A stretch of DNA of 64,000 bases from Octopus sinensis (Eukaryota). The DNA is taken from assembly GCF_006345805.1 (NCBI RefSeq), contig NC_043012.1, positions 47,492,001-47,556,000 on the forward strand, written 5' to 3'. A model generated the notes under the pieces. The model did no database searches and had not been told where the DNA came from. It saw nothing but the letters and a program-made list of their open reading frames with translations. This document shows positions 13,515 to 25,405 of the stretch, piece after piece (position 1 is the first letter of the stretch; every line of letters begins with the position of its first letter). Position numbers and translations under genes: made by a program.

Positions 13515-14170
13515 CTATGAAGCGTCGTCATATTTTTTACACATTCTGAACTGGAAATTCTTCCGTGATATAAGTGCTACTATTCTAACGTGCACAATTT
13601 TTCCTGAAATTTAACCCAGTTCGAATCGGCCTCATCTCTTTCACATCCATGCTTTCACTGTCCCTCTTTCTTTACCTTATAACTCATTTTCTCACTTCTT
13701 CTAGTCTATCAGCAACCCTGAATATTCTCTCGCTCATTCATTTTTCCTTCATCAAATCCGTTGATAATGATCGTATCCCCCTACCGTTGAGCTGCCATGT
13801 ACGAATATTCTATACATCAACCCACCCAATACATTATCGACATCATGATGATTATTTCATGTAAAGGGATGGCTTCCGTTACAAAATCATCGTTCATTTT
13901 CCAATAGATACTGAAATATATTGAAACATATACGTTCTCCATAACCGACTTATTAAACGAAATGACTATATATTTATAGTGAATATTTATCGATCGAATA
14001 TTTGTTTTATAAACTTCATATATAACACTTTATATAAAACAGACACAAATAAGCTCTTATAGATAAATATTAGATATATATATATTGCGTACAGGTGTGT
14101 TGATGCCAGGGTATTTCATGTATTCTCTTTGACGCAAGGATCCAAAAACTTATATAAGAGCATATGCATA

Positions 14171-14504
14171 TACTCTTTACTCCTTTTTCAGTCATGTGAC
14201 TGTGGCTAATCCACTCCAAGACTTATTTTTTGTAAGCCTAGTAATTATTCTATCGGTCTCTTTTGCCGAACCGCAATGTTACGGGGACGTAAACACACCA
14301 GCATCAGTTGTCAAGCGATGTTGGGGGGACAAACACAGACACACAAACATATACACGCACATAAATATATACATACATATATACGACGGGGTCGGCCCGA
14401 GGCTATAGAAGAAGACACTTGACCAAGATGACACGCAGTGGGACTGAACCCGGAACCATATGGTTCGTAAGTAAGCTACTTACCACACAGCAACTCCTAT
14501 GCCT
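14171..14504 (-). mobile_element. tRNA-derived SINE, family A (CORE-like, internal microsatellite)
   Basis: Reverse complement has head gctgtgtggtaagtagctt..ggttccgggttcagtcccactgcgtg and tail cggttcggcaaaagagaccgatagaataa. About 7 homologous copies in the window. Confidence 0.85.
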
Positions 14505-15483
14505 ATACATATATATATATATATGCTCTTATATAATAAGCTATATCTATATATGAAAGAGAGTGAGATAGAGAGAGAGGTAGAGAGATGGAAAAATAGA
14601 TAGATAAAGAAACGCATATACACACATATACAAATACACACATGTACATATATGTTATATCATTCAATTCAGGGTTTTGTGTACTGACATTTTCTGGCAC
14701 ACTTTTGGAATATAGTTGAAAGAAATAGTCTTCGGTAGAAATCGAAATACGTAAGCATTTTGCTTTAGCCAGTATCATATCAATACATTTTGTGCAATCG
14801 CCCAAAATCCAATTTTTATATATTCGTAGTCTGTCGCTATCGATATGATCAGTATTGTACATGAACCATTTACTCAAAGACGAACGATATGTGTGAGTGT
14901 GTGCGAGCGTATGTGTTTATATATATATATAGAAATATATGTACATGTGTGTGTGTGTGCATATGTGTCTATTATGTAGTGATACAGATTTTATATATGC
15001 ATATATACTTTCATGTGTGTGTAATCATATATATATATACATTATATATATATGTATATATATGTACACACGCACACACATTAGCATTAATATGCCATGC
15101 AGATAAGAGCAACGCTACAAGAATTATAATAGCTTCTAAGATATTTATGCATAGATTACTGCAAGGAAATTAGCTATAATCTGAATGATGTTAATCGCTG
15201 CAACTGGAGATAACGCACAAGAAGCCAACATCTTGCAGGCATCAAACAGCAGGATTAACAAAATGAAGCCTACTGCAAGTTTCAATAAAGCCATCAGTCA
15301 TACAGGTTTTTCTATATGCAGCTAGTTGATTATAGTGATTGGATTATACAGCACGCACACAGCTCTTTTTCTTGTCTGTCACTCTCTTTATGCTTACATT
15401 TATTTCTCTCTCTGGCCATCTTTCCTTTTAGCCGTCTATTCATTTATTTCTGTGGCGAGTATGTATGATTATATGGATGTTCA

Positions 15484-15533
<50 letters not shown>

Positions 15534-15565
15534 GTTGTGTATGTATTTATGTATGTGTATATATA

Positions 15566-15614
<49 letters not shown>

Positions 15615-15644
15615 ATATATATATGTGTGTGGGTATTATGTATT

Positions 15645-15702
<58 letters not shown>

Positions 15703-16754
15703 GTACACACACATATGTACACAAACTCACACTCATATACATCTATACGTACTTATATGTATAATATATTATTTTAATTGTGACAAGAGAGTATTCAATT
15801 CAAGTTAAGGTGTAGAGTGCAATTATATTTATTTGGTTAAGTTTCCTTATCCTTACTTCATATTTCTCCACTATTCGGCCACTCAATTAGACCTGTTTCC
15901 TTTTTCTTTTGTTGTAATGAAAAATGTGACTTCGTCCAAAATATCGCTGTGTCATTGAGTAACAGACTCAGTGAAGCACAATATCTCACAAGTGCAAATC
16001 AAAGCATTATGCGTTACCTGATAATATAGATGTCCATGTTCAGTTCTGTTTCCTCGCGTGTTACATTATATATGGAAGAACGTAAACTTCTGTATTTAAT
16101 TTCTTGGTAGGAAATATAATTTCTTACATTGCAACATGACTAAAATAAGTTGAAGTTCTTGCTGCCAACTAAGACATTATCTGTTAAGTGTGGGTTCATC
16201 TACTTTGAAATTGGAAATCCACTGGTACAGGAATATATTCAACGAATTAAGATATAATGTTTCTGTATTAGCTGCTTGTATGTTATGAGAATTTGTTCTA
16301 TTCTGCAAAATATGTAGGTCGATGGTATGGTCTTGACTAACTCGTAAATAACTGTAATAACTCTAATCGCTACAGACATTATATGCTGTTACGAATGCAA
16401 CAATGTGCACTTTTCTCAATGTTCCTTTTCCATTCTGTCATCTCAAAACTATATATATTTCGGAATGTAATATTGCATTTCTAGATTTAAAGAAGTAGGT
16501 ATGCAATGTGACCAAATCTTTAAATGCAAATTTGGCTGATCAAAAATTCATTTTTACTTTACATTCCACCGACTTTATTCTCCTTTATAGATGTGCTTCT
16601 AGTGATAGACATCATCCGTTCGAAAGAAACTTAATTAGGTTTTTGCAATAAATAGTAAACGAACTAAGTTGCTCGTCTAATGTTATATTCAGATTTTGGT
16701 TCGAATTTTTAAAAATCCGTGTTATTCAGTTTTCTGATAGTATTATGTTTTATG

Positions 16755-16920
16755 TTCGTCAGTCTTTACGTTCTGAGTTCAAATTCCACCGTGGTTGATT
16801 GTGCTCTTCATCATTTCGGGGTCGATAAATTAAGTACCAGTTGCATACTGGAGTCGGTCTAATCTACTAGCTCCCTCACCCGAAATTTTGTGCCTTGTGC
16901 CTAGAGTAGAACAGAATATT
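16755..16920 (+). mobile_element. SINE family B, 5'-truncated
   Basis: acgttctgagttcaaattcc...tttcggggtcgataaattaagtaccag. Confidence 0.8.
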
Positions 16921-17240
16921 ATGTTTTAGGTTTAGCATATTGTGTTTTTTGTGCGGAACACAGAAATAGGTACTGTTCAATTAAAATGATGTCCTAGTGC
17001 CTTAGCTACATTCGTCGACACCTTGAAAAGCACGCACCACAAACACTGTTCTTCGATATGAACACAGCGATGTTGACAATACACATGAATAAGAAATTTA
17101 CTCATGTGAAACGAAATTTCCACCTAGGGTTCTATGACACATAAAATACTTTATGAAACTCTTCTAAGAAAATGAGACGGAGGGAAAAATAAAAGAAAAA
17201 TAAAATAAAAATACCGTTGTAACATCGCCATTGTGCCTGT

Positions 17241-17467
17241 GTAGTAGTAGTAGTAGTAGTAGCAGTAGTAGTAGTATTAGTAGTAGTAATAGTAGTAGTA
17301 GTAGCAGCAGCAGTAGTAGAAGTAGTAGTGGTAGTAGTAGTAGTAGTAGTAGCAGTAGTAGAAGTAGAAAGGGAAGAAGAAGAAGAAGAAGAAGAAGAAG
17401 AAGAAGAAAAAGAGGAAGAAGAAGTATACCAAAAAGGATGACTATGATGACGATAATAATAATAATC
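17241..17467. repeat. Compound (AGT)n/(AGC)n/(AGA)n/(AAT)n trinucleotide array
   Basis: Directly visible. Confidence 0.95.
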
Positions 17468-17683
17468 ATCCTTTCTAGTACTGGTACAAGGCCTGAAATG
17501 TGTATAGAGGGGAATGATCGATCACATCGACCTCACTACTTGACTGGTACTTAATTTATTGACCCTGAAAGGATGAAAGGCAAACCTAATCTCGGTAGAA
17601 TTTGAACTCAGAACGGAAAGATGGACGAGATGCCTCTAAGCATTTTGTCCGGAGTCCTAACGATTCTGACAGCTCGCTGCCCT
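17468..17683 (-). mobile_element. SINE family B
   Basis: ctggtacttaatttattgaccctgaaaggatgaaaggc...aatttgaactcagaac...gctcgctgccct is the reverse complement of the family B consensus. Confidence 0.8.
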
Positions 17684-17734
17684 AATAATAATAATAATAA
17701 TAATTATTATTATTATTATTATTATTATTATAAT

Positions 17735-17800
<66 letters not shown>

Positions 17801-17803
17801 TAT

Positions 17804-17851
<48 letters not shown>
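17684..17851. repeat. (AAT)n/(ATT)n microsatellite
   Basis: Directly visible. Confidence 0.95.
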
Positions 17852-17855
<4 letters not shown>

Positions 17856-18409
17856 GCCCTGATGCAGTACCAGGCAGTGGCTCTCATGGCTTCTGATCTT
17901 AACTGATTGGAAGTGTTATCATGTACATTGTTTTGTCTTGGTATAAAAGATGGGCTACAGCAAATATTCTGCTCAATACCACAGATTTGCTTGTCAGTTG
18001 TTTGACCTTAACCAGTTGAGCATGTCCCTTAGTGGCTGACGATATGTGCATCTCTGATCACGAGCAGAAGTAGTGGGGGAGCATCATACCCATGTGTTGA
18101 GAAGGATTCTTTGGGGTTTGAATAATTCACCTCTGGAAACATGGGTGTTTCGTTCAACGTCCTTAAACAACCCTTATTCAGGGACCTTTTGAGCGGGATG
18201 GGTTACTCGATCAGAAGAAAATTCTAACTGGGCTCCACCTGCAAGGTCATGTGCTGTTTATCTTGATATGAGATCACCATGTCGCGCACATATGGTTGTG
18301 ATGCATGTGCCTGGTGTACCCTTATCAGACGGGTAGTCATGATGGGTATACTGGGCTTTGTATATTTTACCCCAGTGTCACTTTGATGGCATGCTCTGTT
18401 CGCTCACTC

Positions 18410-18410
<1 letters not shown>
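17852..18410. mobile_element. ~560-bp non-coding element inserted in (AAT)n; possible non-autonomous Dong/R4-type retroelement
   Basis: Sharp boundaries, markedly higher GC, and (AAT)n directly on both sides. Dong/R4 LINEs are known to target (TAA)n; the family assignment is inference. Confidence 0.55.
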
Positions 18411-18453
<43 letters not shown>

Positions 18454-18462
18454 ACATCAATT

Positions 18463-18975
18463 CTTTCTACTATAGGCACAAGGTCTGAATTTTAGTGGGG
18501 AGCGGGGAAAATCGATCTCATCGGCCCTAGTACTTGACTGGTATTTAAATAATAATGATTTCAAATATTTGCCACAAGGGCAGCCGAAAGAAGGAGATTA
18601 AGTCGAATACATCGACCCCGTGTTCACCTGGTACTTATTTTATCGATCTCGAATGGATGAAAGCAAAGACGACCTCGGTGGAATTTGACTCCAGACGTAG
18701 CGACGGGCGAAATACCGCTAAACATTTCGCCCAGTGTGCTAACGATACTGTCAGCTCAGCGCCCTATACAGTATTAATAAAATTCTTTCTGCTAGAGGCA
18801 GAAAATCTGAAATTTTGGGAAGGGGGCTATCGATTACATTGACACCAGTGTTTTACTGGTATTTATTTCATCGACTCCGAAACGATGAAAAGCAAAGTCG
18901 AGCTAAGCAGAATTTTAATTCAGAACGTAGCTAAGCATTTCGTCCAACATGCTGAAGATTCTGCAAGGTCGCTGC
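18463..18975 (-). mobile_element. Three consecutive SINE family B copies (partial 18463-18547; 18556-18765; 18783-18975)
   Basis: Each carries the reverse-complemented ctggta(c/t)tta motif; the two longer copies also show atcga....gaa.g.atgaaa.gcaaag and the tRNA-like head. Confidence 0.75.
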
Positions 18976-18999
18976 TATAATGATGATGATGATAATAGC

Positions 19000-19033
<34 letters not shown>

Positions 19034-19309
19034 TAATAATAATAATAATGATGATGATGATGATGATGATGATTATGGTGATGATAATAGAAAGAATAAG
19101 AAGTTTTGAAGAGAAAACGGTAGTAGTGCAAACTCGAAAGGTATAATAACATTTTGCAAAGTATTCATATGATTATACATTCATGGATTCACGCACAGCC
19201 ACTTACACATAGCTATGAATATAAACATATAAAGCAGAGTATATGTGCATTAGTGTACGTATATATGTCCATACCCACCAATATGTATACATGCATATTA
19301 GTATGTATA

Positions 19310-19717
19310 CACTCCTTTGCGCCACATCGGCTTAACTCACCTCTCTATATATGACACCGACCTCACCTTCAACCTTCATTTAGCACCAATCATTCACGGA
19401 TTTCCTCTCCTCTCCCAGACACTCAAAGTACACACCCGCAGTCTACCCGCTTCGGCACTCTCACCCATACGCAATTCTCTACACACACCCGTACGCAGTG
19501 TTCAAATCATCATTCCTTTCATGCATTATAACTCACACACCTGCAACACCATCCCACTCCGCACACTTCTCTGCTCCCACACACACGCAATCTTCATTAG
19601 CCTTATCACACATACCACTTTATGAGCAGTCACACACAATGTATAACTCAGTACACACTACACACATCATCATACACCCTCCCACATCCTCACAAGCACA
19701 TAGTACCTGAACAGAGA

Positions 19718-19762
<45 letters not shown>

Positions 19763-20303
19763 CACACACGCAACACGCATAAACACACGCAAGACACATA
19801 GACAAAGATAATTTTTGAATTTTTGTTCACACATAAACTCTATATACATGCACCCTATTTGACCACAGTGACACACACACACACATTCACGCATAAACAT
19901 GTACACACACCACATATAAAAGCACACATCAACTGCTGCAAACAACACACACACACATTATGCACGCACACACACGCACGTCATACACGCTTCTATTCAC
20001 ACATACACTCACTAAGCATTCTCACATAGACACACATGCTTGCTCACCTCATCTTGTTAGGATCACCATGAATTATCTCATCTTCCTTCAAGCTCGCTTT
20101 ATTATCTCCCCTTCATTGAACTTCTTTTTTCCAATCAATCGCAACACTCCTTTTCCCACTCTTTCTCTGTTTATTTACTTTTATTCCTTTCTGTTGAAGA
20201 GCGTAGTCTATAATTTATAAACTTATTTCCCGAGCGAGAAACTAATACAATTGTTGTTCCTACACCTATATTCGTCTTTGTTATTTCTAAAATTTGAACT
20301 ATA
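19310..20303 (+). mobile_element. PLE-like 3' fragment (same family as 13016-13432) with CA-rich low-complexity body
   Basis: ttattcctttctgttgaagagcgtag (5' half of the HHR-like motif, 3' half deleted), tttcccgagcg and ttgttcctaca..gaactata are shared with the other copies. Confidence 0.5.
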
Positions 20304-20409
20304 AACACACACACACACAAGCGACAGGATATCTGTTGCTCATTTTTATTGTATTCACCTTCGACCTGCACAGATAATACCGTACTGACGTGGTGCTTGA
20401 AACTTAATC

Positions 20410-20449
<40 letters not shown>

Positions 20450-20451
<2 letters not shown>

Positions 20452-20789
20452 CAATATAGGATAAAATTTTCGAAAAAAGTTTATCAATGGTCAGCGTATT
20501 AAGAAAATACCTTCAAAGGTTAAATTTATAAATAACTTATAAACAAGGTCAAAAGAAAAATATTTATTTCTTATCGTATTTATCGCTGATGACGAGAAAA
20601 TTCTAAATTAATTAACTCAGAAATAGGGAACGATCCGATAATAACGAATTTATTTAGAAATCTCTATCCGTTTGCTCTCGAGACGCGTGCTTATAGTGAT
20701 AAATTATATGGTTATTGACGATTAAGTCTATTTTTGGCATGTTTGGCATTGGATTTTTTTCTTTTGCCCTTGTTTATAAGTTGTTTATA
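20450..20789. mobile_element. PLE-like terminal fragment with inverted arms and degenerate HHR (20582-20634, +)
   Basis: Arms 20527-20560 and 20754-20789 are reverse complements. Motif atcg-CTGATGA-cgag...ctca-GAAA-tagggaa-cgat has a decayed stem III. Confidence 0.5.
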
Positions 20790-21207
20790 GGAGACTGGAT
20801 CTCCCCATTTTCTCGTTAGGCCTCTCCGAGTCTATAAAGGCTTTTCCTCCTCTGTTTAAAGGGAAATAACCGGTACTCATTAATATTTATTCGTATTCGT
20901 CGAGTTCTGAGCGTTTCCTCACGCCGACGACGTAGATATTTTGAATTTTGTTTTCATGTAGAGTCTATCGAGCTGTCCACAAGGATATGTGGGTACGAAA
21001 CCTTACGTACTTCTTAAAAAAAAATCTACTGTCTTGTTTATTAGGGTGTCTTTCTTTCTGATATATCTTTTGTTGTTATGTATGTATGTGTCTTTGTATG
21101 TATGTATGTATGCATGTATGTATGTATGATGCATGTATGTATATATATATGTATGAATGTATGTATGTATATGTATATATAGATACATATATATGTGTAT
21201 ATATACA

Positions 21208-21291
<84 letters not shown>

Positions 21292-21355
21292 TATATACAT
21301 ATATATACATATATATATATATATATAGATATATGTATACATATATATATATATA

Positions 21356-21403
<48 letters not shown>

Positions 21404-21699
21404 ATTTAGTTATATAGCTTGTACACTTATATTTATGCATATATACGCATGATATTTACTGTCCAATTTTACAAATGTATATGAATTTAAACATGCACAC
21501 GTATGTATAAATGCACGTATTTAGAATAATAATATATTAATGATTAAAATGTCAGATACTGGAAAACACACACATTCTTGCATTAATACACACATTTATT
21601 CACACACACATATACACACATAGGTGCTCGTGAGATATCAAGAAATAAACTAAAGGAAAATTAATTGGTGAAAAAACAGATTGGAAGTACACTTCGGAA

Positions 21700-22170
21700 A
21701 TGAAGGCATAATGATAAATTATCACTTTGTTAGACGTATAGATAACTGTTATCTGGCATAAGGGGTTGCAATGTAGATGTATGAAACCTAATATAAAAAC
21801 CAGTAGAAGGCTGTGTAAAGAAATATAATATACTGGTGTAACATTTAGAAAGGAACATCTAAATTGAAACGCAAAATCTCTAATGTAAAAGAAACTTGGG
21901 ATTACCATAAATAATCTCAAACGTGTAAACATCGGAGCCTTTCTAATTTGCTGTAGAGCATGAGGAGCATATAATAGGGTGTGGGTCAGCGTAATTAGAG
22001 GCTGCTTTATTCTAAAATATAGCTGCTCGTTCAAAAGTTTCCCTATCGGAGGCAATTTTAGATATATATTTATTGTTGGCAAGTTCTTGATAATGCTATG
22101 CGGGTGGTTCAAGTTTATTAATATAACGCTTAGACTAATTACGTTTTCTATTATGGCTGTAGTTTCCTAA
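21700..22170 (-). pseudogene. Penelope-like element RT thumb/linker remnant
   Basis: Translates GNYSHNRKRN*..YINK/LNHPHSIIKNLP/ISKIASDRETFERAA/EIIYGNP, matching the PLE motifs 'SNHPP.IIK.LP..I..R.S..SS....F..A' and 'IIWFNPP'. Frameshifted. Confidence 0.7.
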
Positions 22171-22943
22171 AGTTAGGTTGCTGAATGACTATAATTTCAG
22201 ATTAAATTGATTACCTCAGTAATTTTCTCGTCAGTTTTTATTATGCAGAGAACATTGTGTCTTCACGATTAACTTAATTTCTAATTATTTTTCAAGTGTG
22301 TAACTTATATGATGAAAAATTTACTTTTGAAAGGTAGATTTACAGTTCCACATATTAGATCTAGATTGCTCTGAAATTTGTCTCGTGAAAACCTTCGTTA
22401 AACCACTTGTAGTGGGGCAACGAATTGCTCATTTTAAGGTAATTTTAGAAGGCCCAGCGATACCGGAAATATTTCTTTGTTACATTGTGGTTTTGCTATT
22501 CGTATTAGCGCTAACAATTTGTGGAATGTAATAGGGATTAAATACAGGTAGTACTCGAACTCATTATACTCGCTTCGTGATTATCTAATAATTTAGTTCT
22601 TACCTAAGCTCTCAGTCAAAATTGAACAATCAATAATCTTTTCATCTTGAGAAGTACACATTGTAACTAAATCTGATGGAGGCTGGGATTATCTACTGAA
22701 CTATTTAGCTACTCTTTAATGAAAACAAACGCACTGTTTAATTAAAATACAGTATATCTGATGGAGTTGTATCACGACAACTTAAATAAAATAGCGGCGT
22801 TGCTTCAAAACAAAAAGATATTATTTTGGTAAACAGATAAATCGTCGTACTTTTAAAGTAATTACCTAAAACCTCATTAAACTTGTGATAAACACACTAA
22901 CAAATACACACGCACACACGCAAAGGCGCACGCATATAAGTAT

Positions 22944-23017
<74 letters not shown>

Positions 23018-23118
23018 ATAATAACAAAGAGTTAACATTAATTAATTAACAAGTAATCAATAATTTCACCAAGTAGAATTCGGCATGAAAAATGACCATT
23101 TCACGGTAAACTAAAGTA

Positions 23119-23166
23119 ATACTTTATAATAGGGTTTAGCAAATCCTTGCTGAACCCTATTATAAA

Positions 23167-23170
<4 letters not shown>
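23119..23170. repeat. Near-perfect 24-bp-arm hairpin ending in (TA)n
   Basis: atactttataatagggtttagcaa-atcc-ttgctgaaccctattataaagtat. The upstream 23015-23118 resembles 7836-7930. Confidence 0.85.
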
Positions 23171-23204
<34 letters not shown>

Positions 23205-24076
23205 GCATACATCCATAGAAACACACATAATTGGTTAAGAATATTCACAAGGAATAAGTAAAATATTAAGGACAAGATATAAATAAGATAGCAATAGGTT
23301 TCCATCAGAAGCAGTTGACTATATGTCAAGGCAGTATCCCTCGGGCAGTGCCTAAGGAGTAGCATTTAAGGCAAGCAATAAGAGGCATACAGAGATAAGG
23401 GAAAAATTGCTGCTATGCTTCTAGCAAACAGAACAGAGAACGAAATTACGGAGTATTTTCAGTAATGTAATATTTCGACAAGAAATAAAGAAATAAAACA
23501 AAGCGGGGATGATTGTGCAGGAGGTAACACTTTGAGAAAATCAGAGTTGAAAGTTAGATGTTAGTCCTTGAGCAAAGAAGGAGACTCGATGGAGAGCAAA
23601 ATAACCATTAAAAGATTTGCAATCGGACAGAAGCAAGCGGGACTGTAGTTAGAGTCATGGGAAGGTATAAAGGTAGATTTTGAAGTTTAATATTGAACTG
23701 AGAATAAGACAGAAATCAGAAGAGGCGTATAAAATGGTGAGAGAACGAGTGACGTAATATGAGGGAGACAGAGACAGTCAGATAAATAGACAGACAGGGA
23801 AGACGAAAGACTAGATAAGTTTGTAACTGGATGAAAGACCAAAATGTGAAAACAAATTTTGCATGGTGTTAACATCATATATAATTAAACAGGGAGCACA
23901 GGTAAAACACATAGACCTAGACACAAGTAACATAACGTTAGCCTTTCATCAGCAGTTAACTGAGGCTCAAATAATATTTTAATCAAATAATATCTTAATC
24001 ACGAAGATAAGCATTATGCAGAAATATGTGTTTACACGCACCTATATGTGTTTAGATATGCACACATATATATGTA

Positions 24077-24455
24077 TACTATTTACTCTTTTACTTGTTT
24101 CAGTCATTTGACTGCCGCCATGATGGAGCATTGCCTTTAGTCGAGCAAATCAACCCTAGGACTTATTCTTTGTCAACGTAGTACTTATTCTATCGGTCAC
24201 TTTTGCCGAACCGCTAAGTGACGGGGACGTAAACAGACCTGCATCGGTTGTCAAACGATGTTGGGGGGACACAAACACAAACACACACAGACATATATAT
24301 ACATATATAGGACAGGCTTCTTTCAGTATCCGTCTACCAAATCTGCTCACAAGGCTTTGGTCGGCCCGAGGCTATAGTAGAAGACACTTGCCGAATGTGC
24401 CACGCAGTGGGACTGAACCCGGCACCATGTGGCTGGTAAGCAAGTTACTCACCAT
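24077..24455 (-). mobile_element. SINE family A, near full length
   Basis: tttactcttttacttgtttcagtc...ttttgccgaaccgctaag...cgcagtgggactgaacccgg. Confidence 0.9.
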
Positions 24456-25294
24456 AAACATGTACACACGAGCATACAAAGCTATACACATACAGAGGCA
24501 CATTATATTTCTGTTTTATAATGTTAACTTAGATGTGTATTGAAAGAATTTCAAACAGAATTTTACTAATGAATATATGTTCTTATCATTTTATATGGAG
24601 AAAATGGCAGCACAATAATATGTATCGTATAAAGGTAGTGTGTATTGAGTCTTAAGACTATTCATAGATTCGTTTAGCCTTTGCAAAGAACCGCCGGAAA
24701 CGAATTTACGTTAATAACTGAATTATTTTTGTCATGCTACTCAAATATGCATCAACAAATTACATAATTTAAGAGCTAATTTAATGAAAGCTTAAATAAA
24801 TACATTGATTAAATTAAGAAGCTCTGTCATAATTCGGGACTCCAGGACAAACACTGATTTATAAATTGTTTGCATTTGGATATAATTTGCACGCATATTT
24901 CAACGTTGAATTTATGCAAATGTATAAGTTTACAGGCAAACAGAGAAAGAAAACATTTTATTTGAAATGAATTTAGGTTTAACCAATTCAATGCATGCTT
25001 CTTCATCATTTTCGACCTCCTTAAAGCAATATGTTTTTGACTAAAGGCATTGAAATGAGGCTTTCTATAATGTATTTCATTTAATAATTTTTTAGGAAGA
25101 TACTTGTATACAGTGTTGCTAAGAATCCAAGTGGCAAGGTGCGTTAATTTGTATTTAAAAGAAAATGCAGGCGCGAACGTCTTGATCGTATTCAAACCTT
25201 ATTTAACATACTACATGCAATCTTTTTTAATGGGATATTTCTAATTATCATAATTATAATATAGAATAAATAATTCACTGCCTAGAAAAATATT

Positions 25295-25405
25295 GACTTC
25301 AAATTTTTGCACAAGGCCAGCAAGAGCGGGAATTAGTCGATTACAGGCAAAGTCGACGTCAGCGGAATTCGAGCTCAGAGCATAAGAGGAAGGAATACCG
25401 ATAAG
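25295..25405 (-). mobile_element. SINE family B, internally deleted
   Basis: gcacaaggccagcaa...gtcgatta..ggcaaagtcgac..cggaattcgagctcaga. Confidence 0.6.

Noticed and set aside
23290-23960. Partial HHR-like words on the minus strand (CTGATGGAAAC near 23300; CTGATGAaaggctaacgtt near 23940)
   Set aside because: Stem II or GAAA is missing, so they are too degenerate to call.
24827-25195. 122-aa minus-strand ORF
   Set aside because: Non-ATG start, AT-rich composition, no domain similarity and no clear splice signals.
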